DNA of 64,000 bases, from the NCBI GenBank assembly GCA_040768745.1, contig JAXGMI010000001.1, positions 128,001 to 192,000 on the forward strand, read 5' to 3'. This stretch comes from Desulfomicrobium sp. (GTDB taxonomy: Bacteria > Desulfobacterota > Desulfovibrionia > Desulfovibrionales > Desulfomicrobiaceae). Positions 43,012 to 52,341 of this stretch are shown piece by piece (within the stretch, counting starts at the first letter, position 1; the number at the start of each line of letters is the position of its first letter). The notes under the pieces are model-generated. The model was not told the DNA's origin, did no database searches, and saw only the letters and a list, made by a program, of their open reading frames with translations. The position numbers were made by a program, and so were the translations under genes.

Positions 43012-44817
43012 CTAGCGGTCCAGCCGGTGCATCAGTTCCAGAGCCATGGCATGACGGTTGAAGGGCGGAATGATATACACCCCGGCAAAATGGGGCCAGG
43101 CGTATTCCAGCAGCTCCCAGGCGATCTCGATGCCTTCCTGCTGCCCCTGATCCCCGGCCCGGGCCATGCGCTCCCTGGCCTCCAGCGGAATCTCGATGCC
43201 GGGAAACTCGTTGTGCAGGAATTCGGCGTTACGGCTGCTGGCCAGGGGCATGACCCCCAGCACAATGGGTGCGGCGATGTGGCTGGTGGCGGACAGAATC
43301 TCGTCCACCCGGGTCTTGGAATAGACGGGCTGGGTCAGAAAATACGCGGCCCCGGCCGCGATTTTCTTTTCCATGCGCCCTACCTGCAGCGCCATGTTGC
43401 GGGTGTTGGGATTGAAGGCCCCGCCGATGCAGAAATTGACCGGCAACCGCATGGGATCGCCGTAGTGATTGCGGCCCTGATTGAAACCGGCCAAGAGGCC
43501 CATAAGCTCCAGGGAGCGCACGTCGTACACGCCCGTTACCCGCTCCGCACTTCCGGCGGATGGCGGATCGCCGGTCACGGCCAGCACGTTGTACAGTCCT
43601 GACGCGGCCAGGCCCATGATGGTGGACTGCATGCCCACCAGGTTGCGGTCCCTGCCGGTCAGATGCACGATCACCTCTGCCCCGGTGCGCTGACGTACCA
43701 TCCCGGCCAGGACGATATTGGAAAGCCTGGGCACGGCCAGAGGATTCTCGGCAATGGTGATGCCGTCCGCACCAGCCGCCTGCAGGGCCTCGGCCGCAGC
43801 CAGAACCGGACCCACATCCAGATGCTTCGGAGGGTCCAACTCCACCAGGACGACCCTGCCTTCGGACAGGCGGCGAGCCAGCGGCGTCGGTTCTGCCGAG
43901 ATCGGTTGTGCGTCTTGTGCTTCTGCAGGTTTCACCGAGATCAGACGGGCACCCCTTCCTTCTCCCAGAACCCGAACCAGGGCCGCGATGTGTTCAGGCC
44001 CGGTGCCGCAGCACCCCCCGACTATGCTGGCACCTTGGTCCACACAGGCCGCAGTCTGTCTGGCGAAATATTCCGGCGAGGAGGCGTACAGCAACCGGTC
44101 TCCCTGCGCTTCGGGAAAACCCGCGTTGGGCAGCACCGAAAAAGGCACGGCCAGAGGGGTCAGTTCGCGGACCACGTCCAGGGCGTTTTTGGGGCCGATC
44201 CCGCAATTGAAGCCCACCATATCGGCACCGGCCAGGATCAGTGCATCGAAGCACTCCTGGGCCGTGCGACCGGAATGGGTCCTGCCCCGCTGGGTAAAAA
44301 CCATCTGGGCCACTACGGGCACCTTCACGCAGGACTTGACCCCGCGGAGTGCGACCAAGAGCATGGACAAGCTGGCAAAGGTCTCCAGCATGATGACATC
44401 CACGCCTCCATCGGCCAGGGCCAGGGCCTGCTCTGCGAAAATCCTCTCCAGTTCCGCCGGGTCGGACATGTCTTCAGCCAGACGACCCAGAGGGCCCATG
44501 GCTCCGGCCACCCAGCGGTCTGCTCCGGCGCTCTTGCGGGCCAATTCTGCCCCCCGGGCGTTGATCTCGCGCACCCTGCCACCCAGTTCGAAGCGAGCGA
44601 GCTTGATCCGGTTGGCCCCGAACGTGTTGGTCTCGATGAGTTCCGCCCCGGCCTGCACATATTCGAGATGGATAGAGGAAATCAGGGCGGGATCCATCAG
44701 GTTGAGTGCATCGTAGCAGGCCCCGCTTTCCAGCCCGCGTTCGAACAGCAGCGAGCCCATGGCCCCGTCAGCCACGACCACACCCCTGCCTATCCGGCTC
44801 AGAATATTTTCAATCAC
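43012..44817 (-). CDS. yitJ: Bifunctional homocysteine S-methyltransferase / 5,10-methylene-THF reductase (YitJ type)
   Basis: DGAMG, ETNTFGAN, GFNC, PNAG, GGCCGTGP; C-terminal MTHFR ELDPPK, RDRN, TGDPP, TQPVY, FLHNE.PG. Confidence 0.92.
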   Translation of the reverse strand: MIENILSRIGRGVVVADGAMGSLLFERGLESGACYDALNLMDPALISSIHLEYVQAGAELIETNTFGANRIKLARFELGGRVREINARGAELARKSAGADRWVAGAMGPLGRLAEDMSDPAELERIFAEQALALADGGVDVIMLETFASLSMLLVALRGVKSCVKVPVVAQMVFTQRGRTHSGRTAQECFDALILAGADMVGFNCGIGPKNALDVVRELTPLAVPFSVLPNAGFPEAQGDRLLYASSPEYFARQTAACVDQGASIVGGCCGTGPEHIAALVRVLGEGRGARLISVKPAEAQDAQPISAEPTPLARRLSEGRVVLVELDPPKHLDVGPVLAAAEALQAAGADGITIAENPLAVPRLSNIVLAGMVRQRTGAEVIVHLTGRDRNLVGMQSTIMGLAASGLYNVLAVTGDPPSAGSAERVTGVYDVRSLELMGLLAGFNQGRNHYGDPMRLPVNFCIGGAFNPNTRNMALQVGRMEKKIAAGAAYFLTQPVYSKTRVDEILSATSHIAAPIVLGVMPLASSRNAEFLHNEFPGIEIPLEARERMARAGDQGQQEGIEIAWELLEYAWPHFAGVYIIPPFNRHAMALELMHRLDR

Positions 44818-45653
44818 TGTCCACCCTCAAGATCGCCAAGGAGAACCCGGTGCACATCCTGGACGTCGCGCTGCACGGTTCGGGCGTAGCGCACTGCCGG
44901 ATACCCGAACATCATGACATACATGGATCTGTGCTCCCTGGGGACGCCCAGCTTGCGCCCCAGCTCCGGGACCACCGACTGCAGGGCCCAGCGGGCGAAT
45001 CCGCACCAGACCGTGCCCAAGCCAAGGCTGTGGGCCATGAGTTCAAAATAAGACAGGGCGATGAACGGGTCCGCCTCGGCAGACGTCGCGTCCGAGGGGG
45101 AGGATGCGATGAGCATATGCGGGGCCCAGCGATAGATGATGTCCCGCCCCCGCTCAAAGGGCTCCACGAACTTGGCGAAAAAGGCCATGCTTTCGGGCAG
45201 GGCATCCTCTGCCGCTGCCATGCGGATACCCTCGATGGTCTGCAGGCGGATCAGATCCATGACCGCTGGATCGTCAACCAAAGTGAAACGGACCTTGCGC
45301 TCGTTCTTGCCCGTGGGCGCGTGGGCGATCACATGCATGAGCCGCTGGATCGTCTCCGGTGCGACGGCATCCTTGCGATAGCGACGCACGGATCTGCGGC
45401 TTTTGATCAGATTCTCCATGGCGTCCGGTGCGAAGGGCATTATTTCCTGGCTCGCATCCGGATCCTTGTCCAGGATGGACAGCGCACCCGTGGGGCAGAC
45501 CGCCAGACAGTGCTGACAACCGATGCAGAGGGATTCCCTGTGGACCGGAACAGCCGGCAGCCCCTGATCCATGACGATGACGGATACGGGACAGTCGGCA
45601 ACGCATTCGCCGCATTGGATGCAGCGTGTCTCATCAATATGAAACGCAAGCAT
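44814..45653 (-). CDS. Nitroreductase family protein with two 4Fe-4S ferredoxin motifs
   Basis: CIQCGECVADCP, CIGCQHCLAVCP, RRSVRRY, APTG.N, GLGTVW; GGAGGAGG RBS. Confidence 0.92.
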   Translation of the reverse strand: MLAFHIDETRCIQCGECVADCPVSVIVMDQGLPAVPVHRESLCIGCQHCLAVCPTGALSILDKDPDASQEIMPFAPDAMENLIKSRRSVRRYRKDAVAPETIQRLMHVIAHAPTGKNERKVRFTLVDDPAVMDLIRLQTIEGIRMAAAEDALPESMAFFAKFVEPFERGRDIIYRWAPHMLIASSPSDATSAEADPFIALSYFELMAHSLGLGTVWCGFARWALQSVVPELGRKLGVPREHRSMYVMMFGYPAVRYARTVQRDVQDVHRVLLGDLEGGQ

Positions 45654-45739
45654 GTACGCCTCCTCCACCAATTCAGCCCAAAAAATTCGGGCAAAGAACA
45701 TTCCTACGATGTAAGGCTGAGTTTCTCAAGTAAGCCTCC

Positions 45740-45786
45740 AGGCAACACAGTTGCGCCACGCTTGACTTCATGCAATCGTGTTGCAT
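45740..45786. promoter_or_regulatory. Two tandem Zur-type operators around a TTGACT -35 element
   Basis: AGGCAACACAGTTGCGC (45740-45756) and ATGCAATCGTGTTGCAT (45770-45786) resemble the ATGCAAC-N3-GTTGCAT palindrome I recall for Desulfovibrionales Zur; directly upstream of znuA. Confidence 0.75.
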
Positions 45787-45816
45787 AGATATTTTTGCAG
45801 AATCATGGAGAAAGTC

Positions 45817-46716
45817 ATGAAAAATATGCTGGTTGTTCTCATCCTGATAATTTCCACCCCCATGCTGTCCTGGGCGGAGAGCTCCGTATTTGTGACCATC
45901 GCTCCGCAAAAATTCTTCGTCGACAAAATCAGCGGCGGCCAAATCCCGGTCTCGGTCATGATCACACCCGGCGCCAACCCACATGCCTACGAACCCAAAC
46001 CAAGCCAGATGGCCATGCTGGCCAGGGCGGAGGTCTATTTCGCCATTGGCGACAGCTTTGACCGGGTCTGGCTGGAAAGACTGAAGAAGGTCAACCCCAG
46101 CATGGCCGTCGTGCACACGGACGCGGGCGCGACCAAGATCCCCATCCATGACGCAAGCCAGGGTCATGGCAAGGCCCCGCCCCGCACGGAGGAGGACGGC
46201 CCGCATTCCCATGGAGGATGGGAAGGATCTGACCCGCATATCTGGCTCGATCCGAAATTGGTCGAGATCCAGGCCGCCCATATCCGCGACGGCCTGACAG
46301 CGGCAGACCCGGCCCATGCCGCCGCCTATGCCGCCAACTACGCGGCCTTTGTCCGGGAACTGGACGAGATGGATCGGGAAATCAGGGTTCTCCTCGCCCC
46401 CATACCGAAAGCCAGGCGCACATTCCTCGTGTTCCATCCATCCTGGGGCTATTTTGCCCGAGCCTATGGCCTGAACCAGGCCTGCATCGAAGTCGAGGGC
46501 AAGGAACCAAGCCCCCGTGAACTGGCTCGCATCATCGACATGGGTCAGAAGCAGGGTATCAAGGCGGTCTTTGTCCAACCGCAGTTCTCGGAAAAAAGCG
46601 CTGCCGTCATCTCCGAACAGATCGGCGCCCGGGTGGTCCGGCTTGATCCCCTGGCTGAAAACTGGGCCGAGAACTTGCGCCACGCCGCCCGCGTCCTGGC
46701 CGAGAATCTGCAATAG
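45817..46716 (+). CDS. znuA: Zinc ABC transporter substrate-binding protein
   Basis: Signal peptide, NPHAYEPKP, His-containing loop, DPHIWLDP, FHPSWGYFA. Confidence 0.9.
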   Translation: MKNMLVVLILIISTPMLSWAESSVFVTIAPQKFFVDKISGGQIPVSVMITPGANPHAYEPKPSQMAMLARAEVYFAIGDSFDRVWLERLKKVNPSMAVVHTDAGATKIPIHDASQGHGKAPPRTEEDGPHSHGGWEGSDPHIWLDPKLVEIQAAHIRDGLTAADPAHAAAYAANYAAFVRELDEMDREIRVLLAPIPKARRTFLVFHPSWGYFARAYGLNQACIEVEGKEPSPRELARIIDMGQKQGIKAVFVQPQFSEKSAAVISEQIGARVVRLDPLAENWAENLRHAARVLAENLQ

Positions 46717-46776
46717 GCATCCTGCTGCAGTGCGGAATCTCCGCACCGATCACCTGTAACAAGCCTAGGGAAAGCC

Positions 46777-47658
46777 ATGCCTTCCGACCATCTTTGCTCG
46801 ACCTGCTCCGGCCATGGACTCAGCCCTCTCCCAGAGCCCAAACTCCGGCTCTCCACCCCTCCCGGACAGCCGGTCATCGAACTCGATGGCGTGTCGTTCT
46901 CCTATGACAACCGGGAAGTGCTCTTCGATGTCAACCTGACTGTCAGGGCAGGGGAGTTCATGGCTGTGGTTGGACCCAATGGCGGGGGCAAGACCACCCT
47001 GGTCAAACTCGCCCTCGGACTGCTCAAGCCAGGAAGAGGCACGGTCCGCGTTCTCGGCGCCGACCCCCTGGTTTCCAGGCCTGCCGTGGGCTACGTGCCT
47101 CAACATGCCCACGTGCAGCCCAGCTTTCCCATAACCGTACTGGATGCCGTGCTCTTGGGTCTGCGCCGCAAGGGCGGACTCTTGTCCTGGGGGCACTGGC
47201 CAGGGTACCGGTCCGCGGACAGACAGAAGGCCATGGACTCCCTGCGCATGGTTGACATGGCCGACCTGTCCGGACGCAGGTTCGATGTCCTGTCCGGAGG
47301 ACAAAAACAACGCGTGCTGGTGGCCCGGGCCCTGGTTTCTGAACCAGCCCTGCTCCTTTTTGACGAACCCACTTCCAATATCGATCCCCAGGGCAAAATC
47401 TGTCTTTTCGACCTGCTCTCGATCCTGAGTGAGTCCATCACCATCGTCATGGTCAGCCACGACCTCATCACCACGTCCACCCGCATCACCAGCGTGGCGG
47501 CAGTCAATCGCCGACTGATCCAACATCACGGCCGGGAACTGACCCCTGACATGCTCGCCCTCATCTACGGCACCCACGACGCCACCTGCCCCATGGACGA
47601 GTACATCAAGGGCCTTTCCTCCGTCTTCGGGGAAAGCAGGCAACGGAGGCAGCCATGA
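46777..47658 (+). CDS. znuC: Zinc ABC transporter ATP-binding protein
   Basis: [28 protein letters not shown]. Confidence 0.9.
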   Translation: MPSDHLCSTCSGHGLSPLPEPKLRLSTPPGQPVIELDGVSFSYDNREVLFDVNLTVRAGEFMAVVGPNGGGKTTLVKLALGLLKPGRGTVRVLGADPLVSRPAVGYVPQHAHVQPSFPITVLDAVLLGLRRKGGLLSWGHWPGYRSADRQKAMDSLRMVDMADLSGRRFDVLSGGQKQRVLVARALVSEPALLLFDEPTSNIDPQGKICLFDLLSILSESITIVMVSHDLITTSTRITSVAAVNRRLIQHHGRELTPDMLALIYGTHDATCPMDEYIKGLSSVFGESRQRRQP

Positions 47659-48464
47659 CCGAAATTTTGGGTCTTGCGTTCATGCACAACGCCATTCTGG
47701 CCGGGGTATTGGCCAGCCTGGCCTGCGGGCTCATCGGCTCCCTGGTGGTGGTCAACCGGCAGGTCTTCATGGCCGGTGGGGTCGCCCACACGGCGTACGG
47801 GGGGGTTGGATTGGCTTTTTTCCTAGGCCTGCCGGTACTGCCCTGTGCCGTGGGTTTCACCGTTCTTGCGGCCCTGGCCATGGCTCACGCGTCCTTTGGC
47901 CGGACCGAACGGGCTGATGCCCTGGTCGGCATCATGTGGGCTGCCGGCATGGCCTTTGGCATCATCCTCATGGACCTCACGCCCGGATACAATGTGGACC
48001 TGATGAGCTACCTCTTCGGCAGCCTCCTGGCCGTGCCCACCAGCGACATACTGATCATGGCAGTCCTGGATCTCGCCATCCTTGCCGTGGTCCTGTTCTG
48101 GTACAAGGATTTTCTGTCCCTGTCCTTTGACGCCGAGTTCGCCCTTTCCACCGGAGTGCCTGTCCGCCTGCTCTACACCCTCATGCAGGTCATGACCGCA
48201 GTGACCGTGGTCATGGTCATTCAGGTGGCCGGATTGATTCTGGTCATTGCGCTTCTGACCATCCCACCCATGCTGGCTGAACTCTTCACCAGTTCCCTGT
48301 GGAAAATGATGGCCCTGGCCACCCTGGCCAGCCTGGTCTTCTGCCTGGCCGGCCTGGCCCTGTCCTGGCACCTGGACCTGACATCAGGGGCAAGCATCAT
48401 CGCCTTTGCAACGGCTGCCTATCTTGGGGGATGGTGGATGCAATCCTGGCGGAGACGGGCATGA
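47655..48464 (+). CDS. znuB: Zinc ABC transporter permease
   Basis: ABC-3 permease: H..YGG, YLFGS, G.ILV.ALL.IP. Confidence 0.9.
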   Translation: MTEILGLAFMHNAILAGVLASLACGLIGSLVVVNRQVFMAGGVAHTAYGGVGLAFFLGLPVLPCAVGFTVLAALAMAHASFGRTERADALVGIMWAAGMAFGIILMDLTPGYNVDLMSYLFGSLLAVPTSDILIMAVLDLAILAVVLFWYKDFLSLSFDAEFALSTGVPVRLLYTLMQVMTAVTVVMVIQVAGLILVIALLTIPPMLAELFTSSLWKMMALATLASLVFCLAGLALSWHLDLTSGASIIAFATAAYLGGWWMQSWRRRA

Positions 48465-48931
48465 ACTCCAGGATGACCGTGAAGATGGCCAAGGATCGCC
48501 TGGCCAAATCAGGGCTGGAAGCCACTGACCATCGGGTCCGGGTGCTCATGGCTGTGGGCAACACCACGCACCCCACCACGGTCCCGGAAATCCTGGAACT
48601 GGTCCGGGTCAGCAGGGATATCAACCGCGTCACGGTGTACCGGATTCTGGATTTGCTGGTGGAACACGCGGTCTTGAACCGGCTCGGACTCGGAGAGAAG
48701 TCCCAGCGCTTCTGTCTGCGAGAGATGGACAGCCCTGGAGAGCACCCCCACTTCCACTGCACCCGTTGCGACCGTTACCTGTGTCTGGATGCACCGAGCC
48801 TGCCCATCGACCGGGGCGCCCTGGCCAGACTGGCTCTGGACATCGACCACGTGGAAATCCACCTGGAAGGAATCTGTCCAGCCTGCCAAGGAAAAGAGTC
48901 TCTGTCCGATTCCGGGAAGGAGTCCGATTGA
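48461..48931 (+). CDS. zur: Fur family regulator, probably Zur
   Basis: TVYRILD, HPHFHCTRC, GICPAC; ATGA-coupled to znuB. Confidence 0.8.
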   Translation: MNSRMTVKMAKDRLAKSGLEATDHRVRVLMAVGNTTHPTTVPEILELVRVSRDINRVTVYRILDLLVEHAVLNRLGLGEKSQRFCLREMDSPGEHPHFHCTRCDRYLCLDAPSLPIDRGALARLALDIDHVEIHLEGICPACQGKESLSDSGKESD

Positions 48932-49064
48932 TCCCCTGGCGCAGAGTTGCCTGCACCGCCATGCACGCAGCGGGCGGAGTCAAGACGCCCTAGTTCCCAT
49001 CCTTGCCAGATTCGTCCCGGGCATTTACAAACGGCCCTGGTCTTCACCATTCAAGGAGCCGGAT

Positions 49065-49790
49065 ATGAAATTCCCTTCTTTCACCCTTCAGACCCTCGGC
49101 ATTCTTGCCCTGGCCGCGGGCTTAGGTCTGGCCTTCAACGCCAACCGGCCGGACAGTCTGCCGTTAGTCCGTGTCCACGAAGTCGCGGTCCAGGCTTCCC
49201 CGCAGGACAATGAAATAACCCTGCACGACGCGGCCCAGCTTTCTGCGTCCGGACAGGCTGTCTTCGTCGATGCGCGCGATGCATCGGACTATGCCCAGGG
49301 ACATATCGCCGGGGCCTTGTCCCTCCCGGCCTTTTCCTTTACCCAGGACTTCCCCTTGGTGCGGGACAGCCTCCACAACTCGACGGTCATCACCTATTGC
49401 GACGGCGAACACTGTGAGCTGAGCCGTGACCTGGCCGAACAGCTGAAGGCTCATGGCCTGCGCAATGTCCGCGTGCTCAAAAATGGCTGGACTCTGTGGC
49501 GGGACAAAGGGCTGCCCACCGCCACGGGCCAGGAACCCCTGCTCCGGGAACCCCAGGAACTGGAACATCCGGCGCAGGAATCCCTTTCGCAGGAGACCCC
49601 GCGGCTGGAGCATGCGCCGCAACAGACCATGCCGGACGGGCCTGCGCCAGAGCAGTCAACGCCAGAGGGGATCGCCCACCCGCAGGAGCCGGCGCAAGAA
49701 AAGTCCGCGCCGCAGGAAGCCACGCCGCAGGAACCGTTGCTCCAAAAGACTCCGCCCCAAGAATCAAAGCCCACGGGAGACCAATCATGA
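49065..49790 (+). CDS. Exported/membrane-anchored rhodanese-like protein with acidic Pro/Gln/Glu repeat tail
   Basis: N-terminal hydrophobic helix, VDAR....Y..GHIAGA, YCDGEHC, GW..W...GLP; AGGAG RBS. Confidence 0.85.
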   Translation: MKFPSFTLQTLGILALAAGLGLAFNANRPDSLPLVRVHEVAVQASPQDNEITLHDAAQLSASGQAVFVDARDASDYAQGHIAGALSLPAFSFTQDFPLVRDSLHNSTVITYCDGEHCELSRDLAEQLKAHGLRNVRVLKNGWTLWRDKGLPTATGQEPLLREPQELEHPAQESLSQETPRLEHAPQQTMPDGPAPEQSTPEGIAHPQEPAQEKSAPQEATPQEPLLQKTPPQESKPTGDQS

Positions 49791-50227
49791 CTGCAACAGG
49801 CTTGGCCCAGGCTTCGCGCATGGCTTTGGCATGTGTTTTTCTCGCTGCGGCCCCACATAAAATCCTGGTTCCGGCGGAGTTCGCCCAAAGCCTGTCCAGC
49901 TACCAGATTCTTCCGGACATGCTGATCAATTTCATCGCGCTCACCTTGCCTTGGCTGGAAATGCTCGTGGCCTTCCTGCTCCTCTGCCAGGTCTGGACAG
50001 GGCCGTCCCTGCTCCTGGCCAACGCGATGCTCACGGTTTTTCTCGGGGCCCTCGTCCTAGCGTACGTCAGGGGGATCGACATAGCCTGTGGGTGTTTCAG
50101 CTCCTTACGCACCCCTTCTGACGCCATGACCCTGTACATCGCGCGGGACGCTGCGTTCCTGGTTCTGGGTCTGATCGCGGCCTGGTTGCACGCAAACGGC
50201 CTGAAAAGAAAGACACTGGATGGATGA
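49787..50227 (+). CDS. MauE/DoxX family membrane protein
   Basis: LPWLE, RGIDIACGCF, RD motif; ATGA-coupled to the rhodanese gene. Confidence 0.88.
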   Translation: MTATGLAQASRMALACVFLAAAPHKILVPAEFAQSLSSYQILPDMLINFIALTLPWLEMLVAFLLLCQVWTGPSLLLANAMLTVFLGALVLAYVRGIDIACGCFSSLRTPSDAMTLYIARDAAFLVLGLIAAWLHANGLKRKTLDG

Positions 50228-50436
50228 CCTGCAGCGTCAGATCTCAGCCAGCTTGATGGCCAGCGTACCTGGCCGCCTGAAAAGGGTGGGGCGTGATGGC
50301 TGGGGTTCGGGGCGCTGATTTTCACCCAGCCAAGGTTATGCCTGCACTGCTGCGGTGTCTGCGGCTCGGGTTTGCCTTCCTTGGGCGGCCTGCATGCGGG
50401 CCGCAGGGCCCGCAAAAAGTGTCAGGCCAGCGCAAA

Positions 50437-51087
50437 TTATCTCCCGCCTGAATCAGAAGCCCCGCCATCAAGTGGCAGAATGGCCACCTGAACCACCCCC
50501 TGAAGAAGGCGGGCAAACTCCCTGGCATCGCTGTCGCTGCCAACCAGCGATCCGTAATGCATGGGCACAGTCAGACCAGGCATGATGTCTTTGGCCGCAG
50601 CCGCAGCTTCGGCCGCTGTCATGACGTAGGTGCCTGAAACGGGCAGCATGGCCACATCGACCCGGATACCCGTCATTTCAGGGATACGATCTGTGTCTCC
50701 GGCGTGGTAAAAGCGAAGTCCGTCCATCAGGAGCACAAAACCAAGCCAGCCGTTTTTTTGGGGATGAAATTTCTTGCCCACGTTGTAGGCGGGCATCACC
50801 TCCACCCTCACCCCGGCCACGTCGAGTGTGTCTCCCGGAACCACGATGCGCACATCACCCGTGAGTTTCTTCAACCCTGTTTTTTCAGTCACAATGATCG
50901 TGTCCGGCCTCGCGATTTTGGCCACATCCTCCGACGAGCAGTGATCGTAATGACTGTGTGTGATGAGGATGAGGTCGGCCTTGGGGCCTGCCTGGATCTG
51001 ATACGGATCGATGTACACAATCCTGGAGCCACGGATCAGGAAAGACGAATGGCCAAACCAGGTCAACATGTCTTGAGGAATGGTCAT
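50437..51087 (-). CDS. MBL-fold metallo-hydrolase
   Basis: GHSSF, THSHYDH, YHAGDT, PMHYG; GGAGG RBS (alternative start 51105). Confidence 0.9.
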   Translation of the reverse strand: MTIPQDMLTWFGHSSFLIRGSRIVYIDPYQIQAGPKADLILITHSHYDHCSSEDVAKIARPDTIIVTEKTGLKKLTGDVRIVVPGDTLDVAGVRVEVMPAYNVGKKFHPQKNGWLGFVLLMDGLRFYHAGDTDRIPEMTGIRVDVAMLPVSGTYVMTAAEAAAAAKDIMPGLTVPMHYGSLVGSDSDAREFARLLQGVVQVAILPLDGGASDSGGR

Positions 51088-51104
51088 GGATGCCTCCGTA
51101 CTCA

Positions 51105-51938
51105 TTAGGCCATCGTTTCATCGAGAAGCTGACCCAGACGCTCCAGATGGGCCTTCTCCTCGCCCGCGATCTGCTCCAGAATCTGCCGGTTCTCGTCGCT
51201 TTTGGTCCAGGCTGCCGCTCGCGAATAAAGGTCCAGGGCCTGGGCTTCGATGGACATGGCCATGGACACGACATCCACCACACTGTCGAAGTCTGGTTTG
51301 AACCGGTCCATGTAGTCCTCGGTAGTCAGCCCCCCCTCCATGAACGGCGAGACCAGGGAACACTCAAAAGCCCCCCGGTCGTCTTGCCCTGTCAGGCGGG
51401 TATACTCGGCAAAAAGCCGGTCCTTGTGCTTGATCTCGATCTCAGCCAGCAGGCGGAAGACGCTTTTGACCCTCTCGTCCTGAACCCGGTCCAGCATCTT
51501 CAGATAGAAGTCCCGCAGCCCGTCTTCGAGAGAATAGGCCATGGCCAGAATCTTTTCAGCGCTGTTCAGTTCGGCAAACAGGTCCACCCCTTCATCTTCC
51601 CCCCCGAACGCGCTCTGCCCGTTCCAGGCCTTATAGCCACCACTCAGATTGATGACATGATCGTATCCCTTGCCCGACAGGGTCTGGGAGGCCACCCGGC
51701 TGCGACCGCCGATGGCGCAATAGACAACCACAGGCTTGGAAGGATCGATCTCCTCCAGCCTGTCGGTCAGCTCGGGCAATGGAACCAGCTTGGCCCCAGG
51801 GATATGTCCGGCTTCGTATTCGCCCGGTTGACGGACATCGAGGATGGTCACCTCCTGCAGGGTCTTGTCGGACAGGTATTCCCTGACATCTGCAGCACTC
51901 ATGGATTGGACCGGTGTAAAGAACTGTTTCCAACGCAT
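51105..51938 (-). CDS. Rhodanese-ferritin-like (rubrerythrin-type) fusion protein
   Basis: DVRQ..EY..GHIPGA, YCAIGGRS; C-terminal E..H diiron-type motifs (EIKH, EKAH). Confidence 0.88.
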   Translation of the reverse strand: MRWKQFFTPVQSMSAADVREYLSDKTLQEVTILDVRQPGEYEAGHIPGAKLVPLPELTDRLEEIDPSKPVVVYCAIGGRSRVASQTLSGKGYDHVINLSGGYKAWNGQSAFGGEDEGVDLFAELNSAEKILAMAYSLEDGLRDFYLKMLDRVQDERVKSVFRLLAEIEIKHKDRLFAEYTRLTGQDDRGAFECSLVSPFMEGGLTTEDYMDRFKPDFDSVVDVVSMAMSIEAQALDLYSRAAAWTKSDENRQILEQIAGEEKAHLERLGQLLDETMA

Positions 51939-51967
51939 AGGGCACTTCCTCCCACGATATGTGATTG

Positions 51968-51996
51968 ATCATGCCTCTGGATGGATGAAAATTCAA
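51968..51996 (-). promoter_or_regulatory. Putative sigma70 promoter of the rhodanese-MBL operon
   Basis: TTGAAT-N17-CATGAT on the minus strand. Confidence 0.45.
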
Positions 51997-52010
51997 CATG
52001 TCTTGGTGTG

Positions 52011-52045
52011 TTGACATGAAGCCACGCTTATCGTTAATTTACGAT
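52011..52045 (+). promoter_or_regulatory. sigma70 promoter of arsR-hgcAB with overlapping ArsR-type palindrome
   Basis: TTGACA (52011) N17/18 TTAATT/TAATTT; palindrome ATCGTTAATTTACGAT (52030-52045, 7 of 8 pairs) covers the -10. Confidence 0.7.
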
Positions 52046-52065
52046 CATACTGTCATGGAACACGC

Positions 52066-52335
52066 ATGAACAAAGATCACAATCTGGCCGTGCTCTGCAA
52101 GGCCCTGGGGCACCCAGCCCGGGTGGCCATCCTCCGGCATCTGCTGCAGGTGGACCGCTGCATCTGCGGCGACATCGTGAACATCCTGCCCCTGGCCCAG
52201 TCCACGGTCAGCCAGCACCTCAAGCAGCTGAAGGAGGCCGGTCTGATCCGCGGTGAGATTGAAGGACCGTGCATCTGCTACTGCGCGGACAAAAATCGCC
52301 TGGCCGAACTCAAAAACCTCATCACCGCACTGTAG
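52066..52335 (+). CDS. arsR: ArsR/SmtB family metalloregulator
   Basis: [37 protein letters not shown]. Confidence 0.92.
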   Translation: MNKDHNLAVLCKALGHPARVAILRHLLQVDRCICGDIVNILPLAQSTVSQHLKQLKEAGLIRGEIEGPCICYCADKNRLAELKNLITAL

Positions 52336-52341
52336 GCCCTT

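Noticed and set aside
51690..51718. Hairpin right after the rhodanese active-site Cys codon (relic SECIS?)
   Set aside because: The codon is TGC and the loop is only about 9 nt away, closer than typical SECIS spacing
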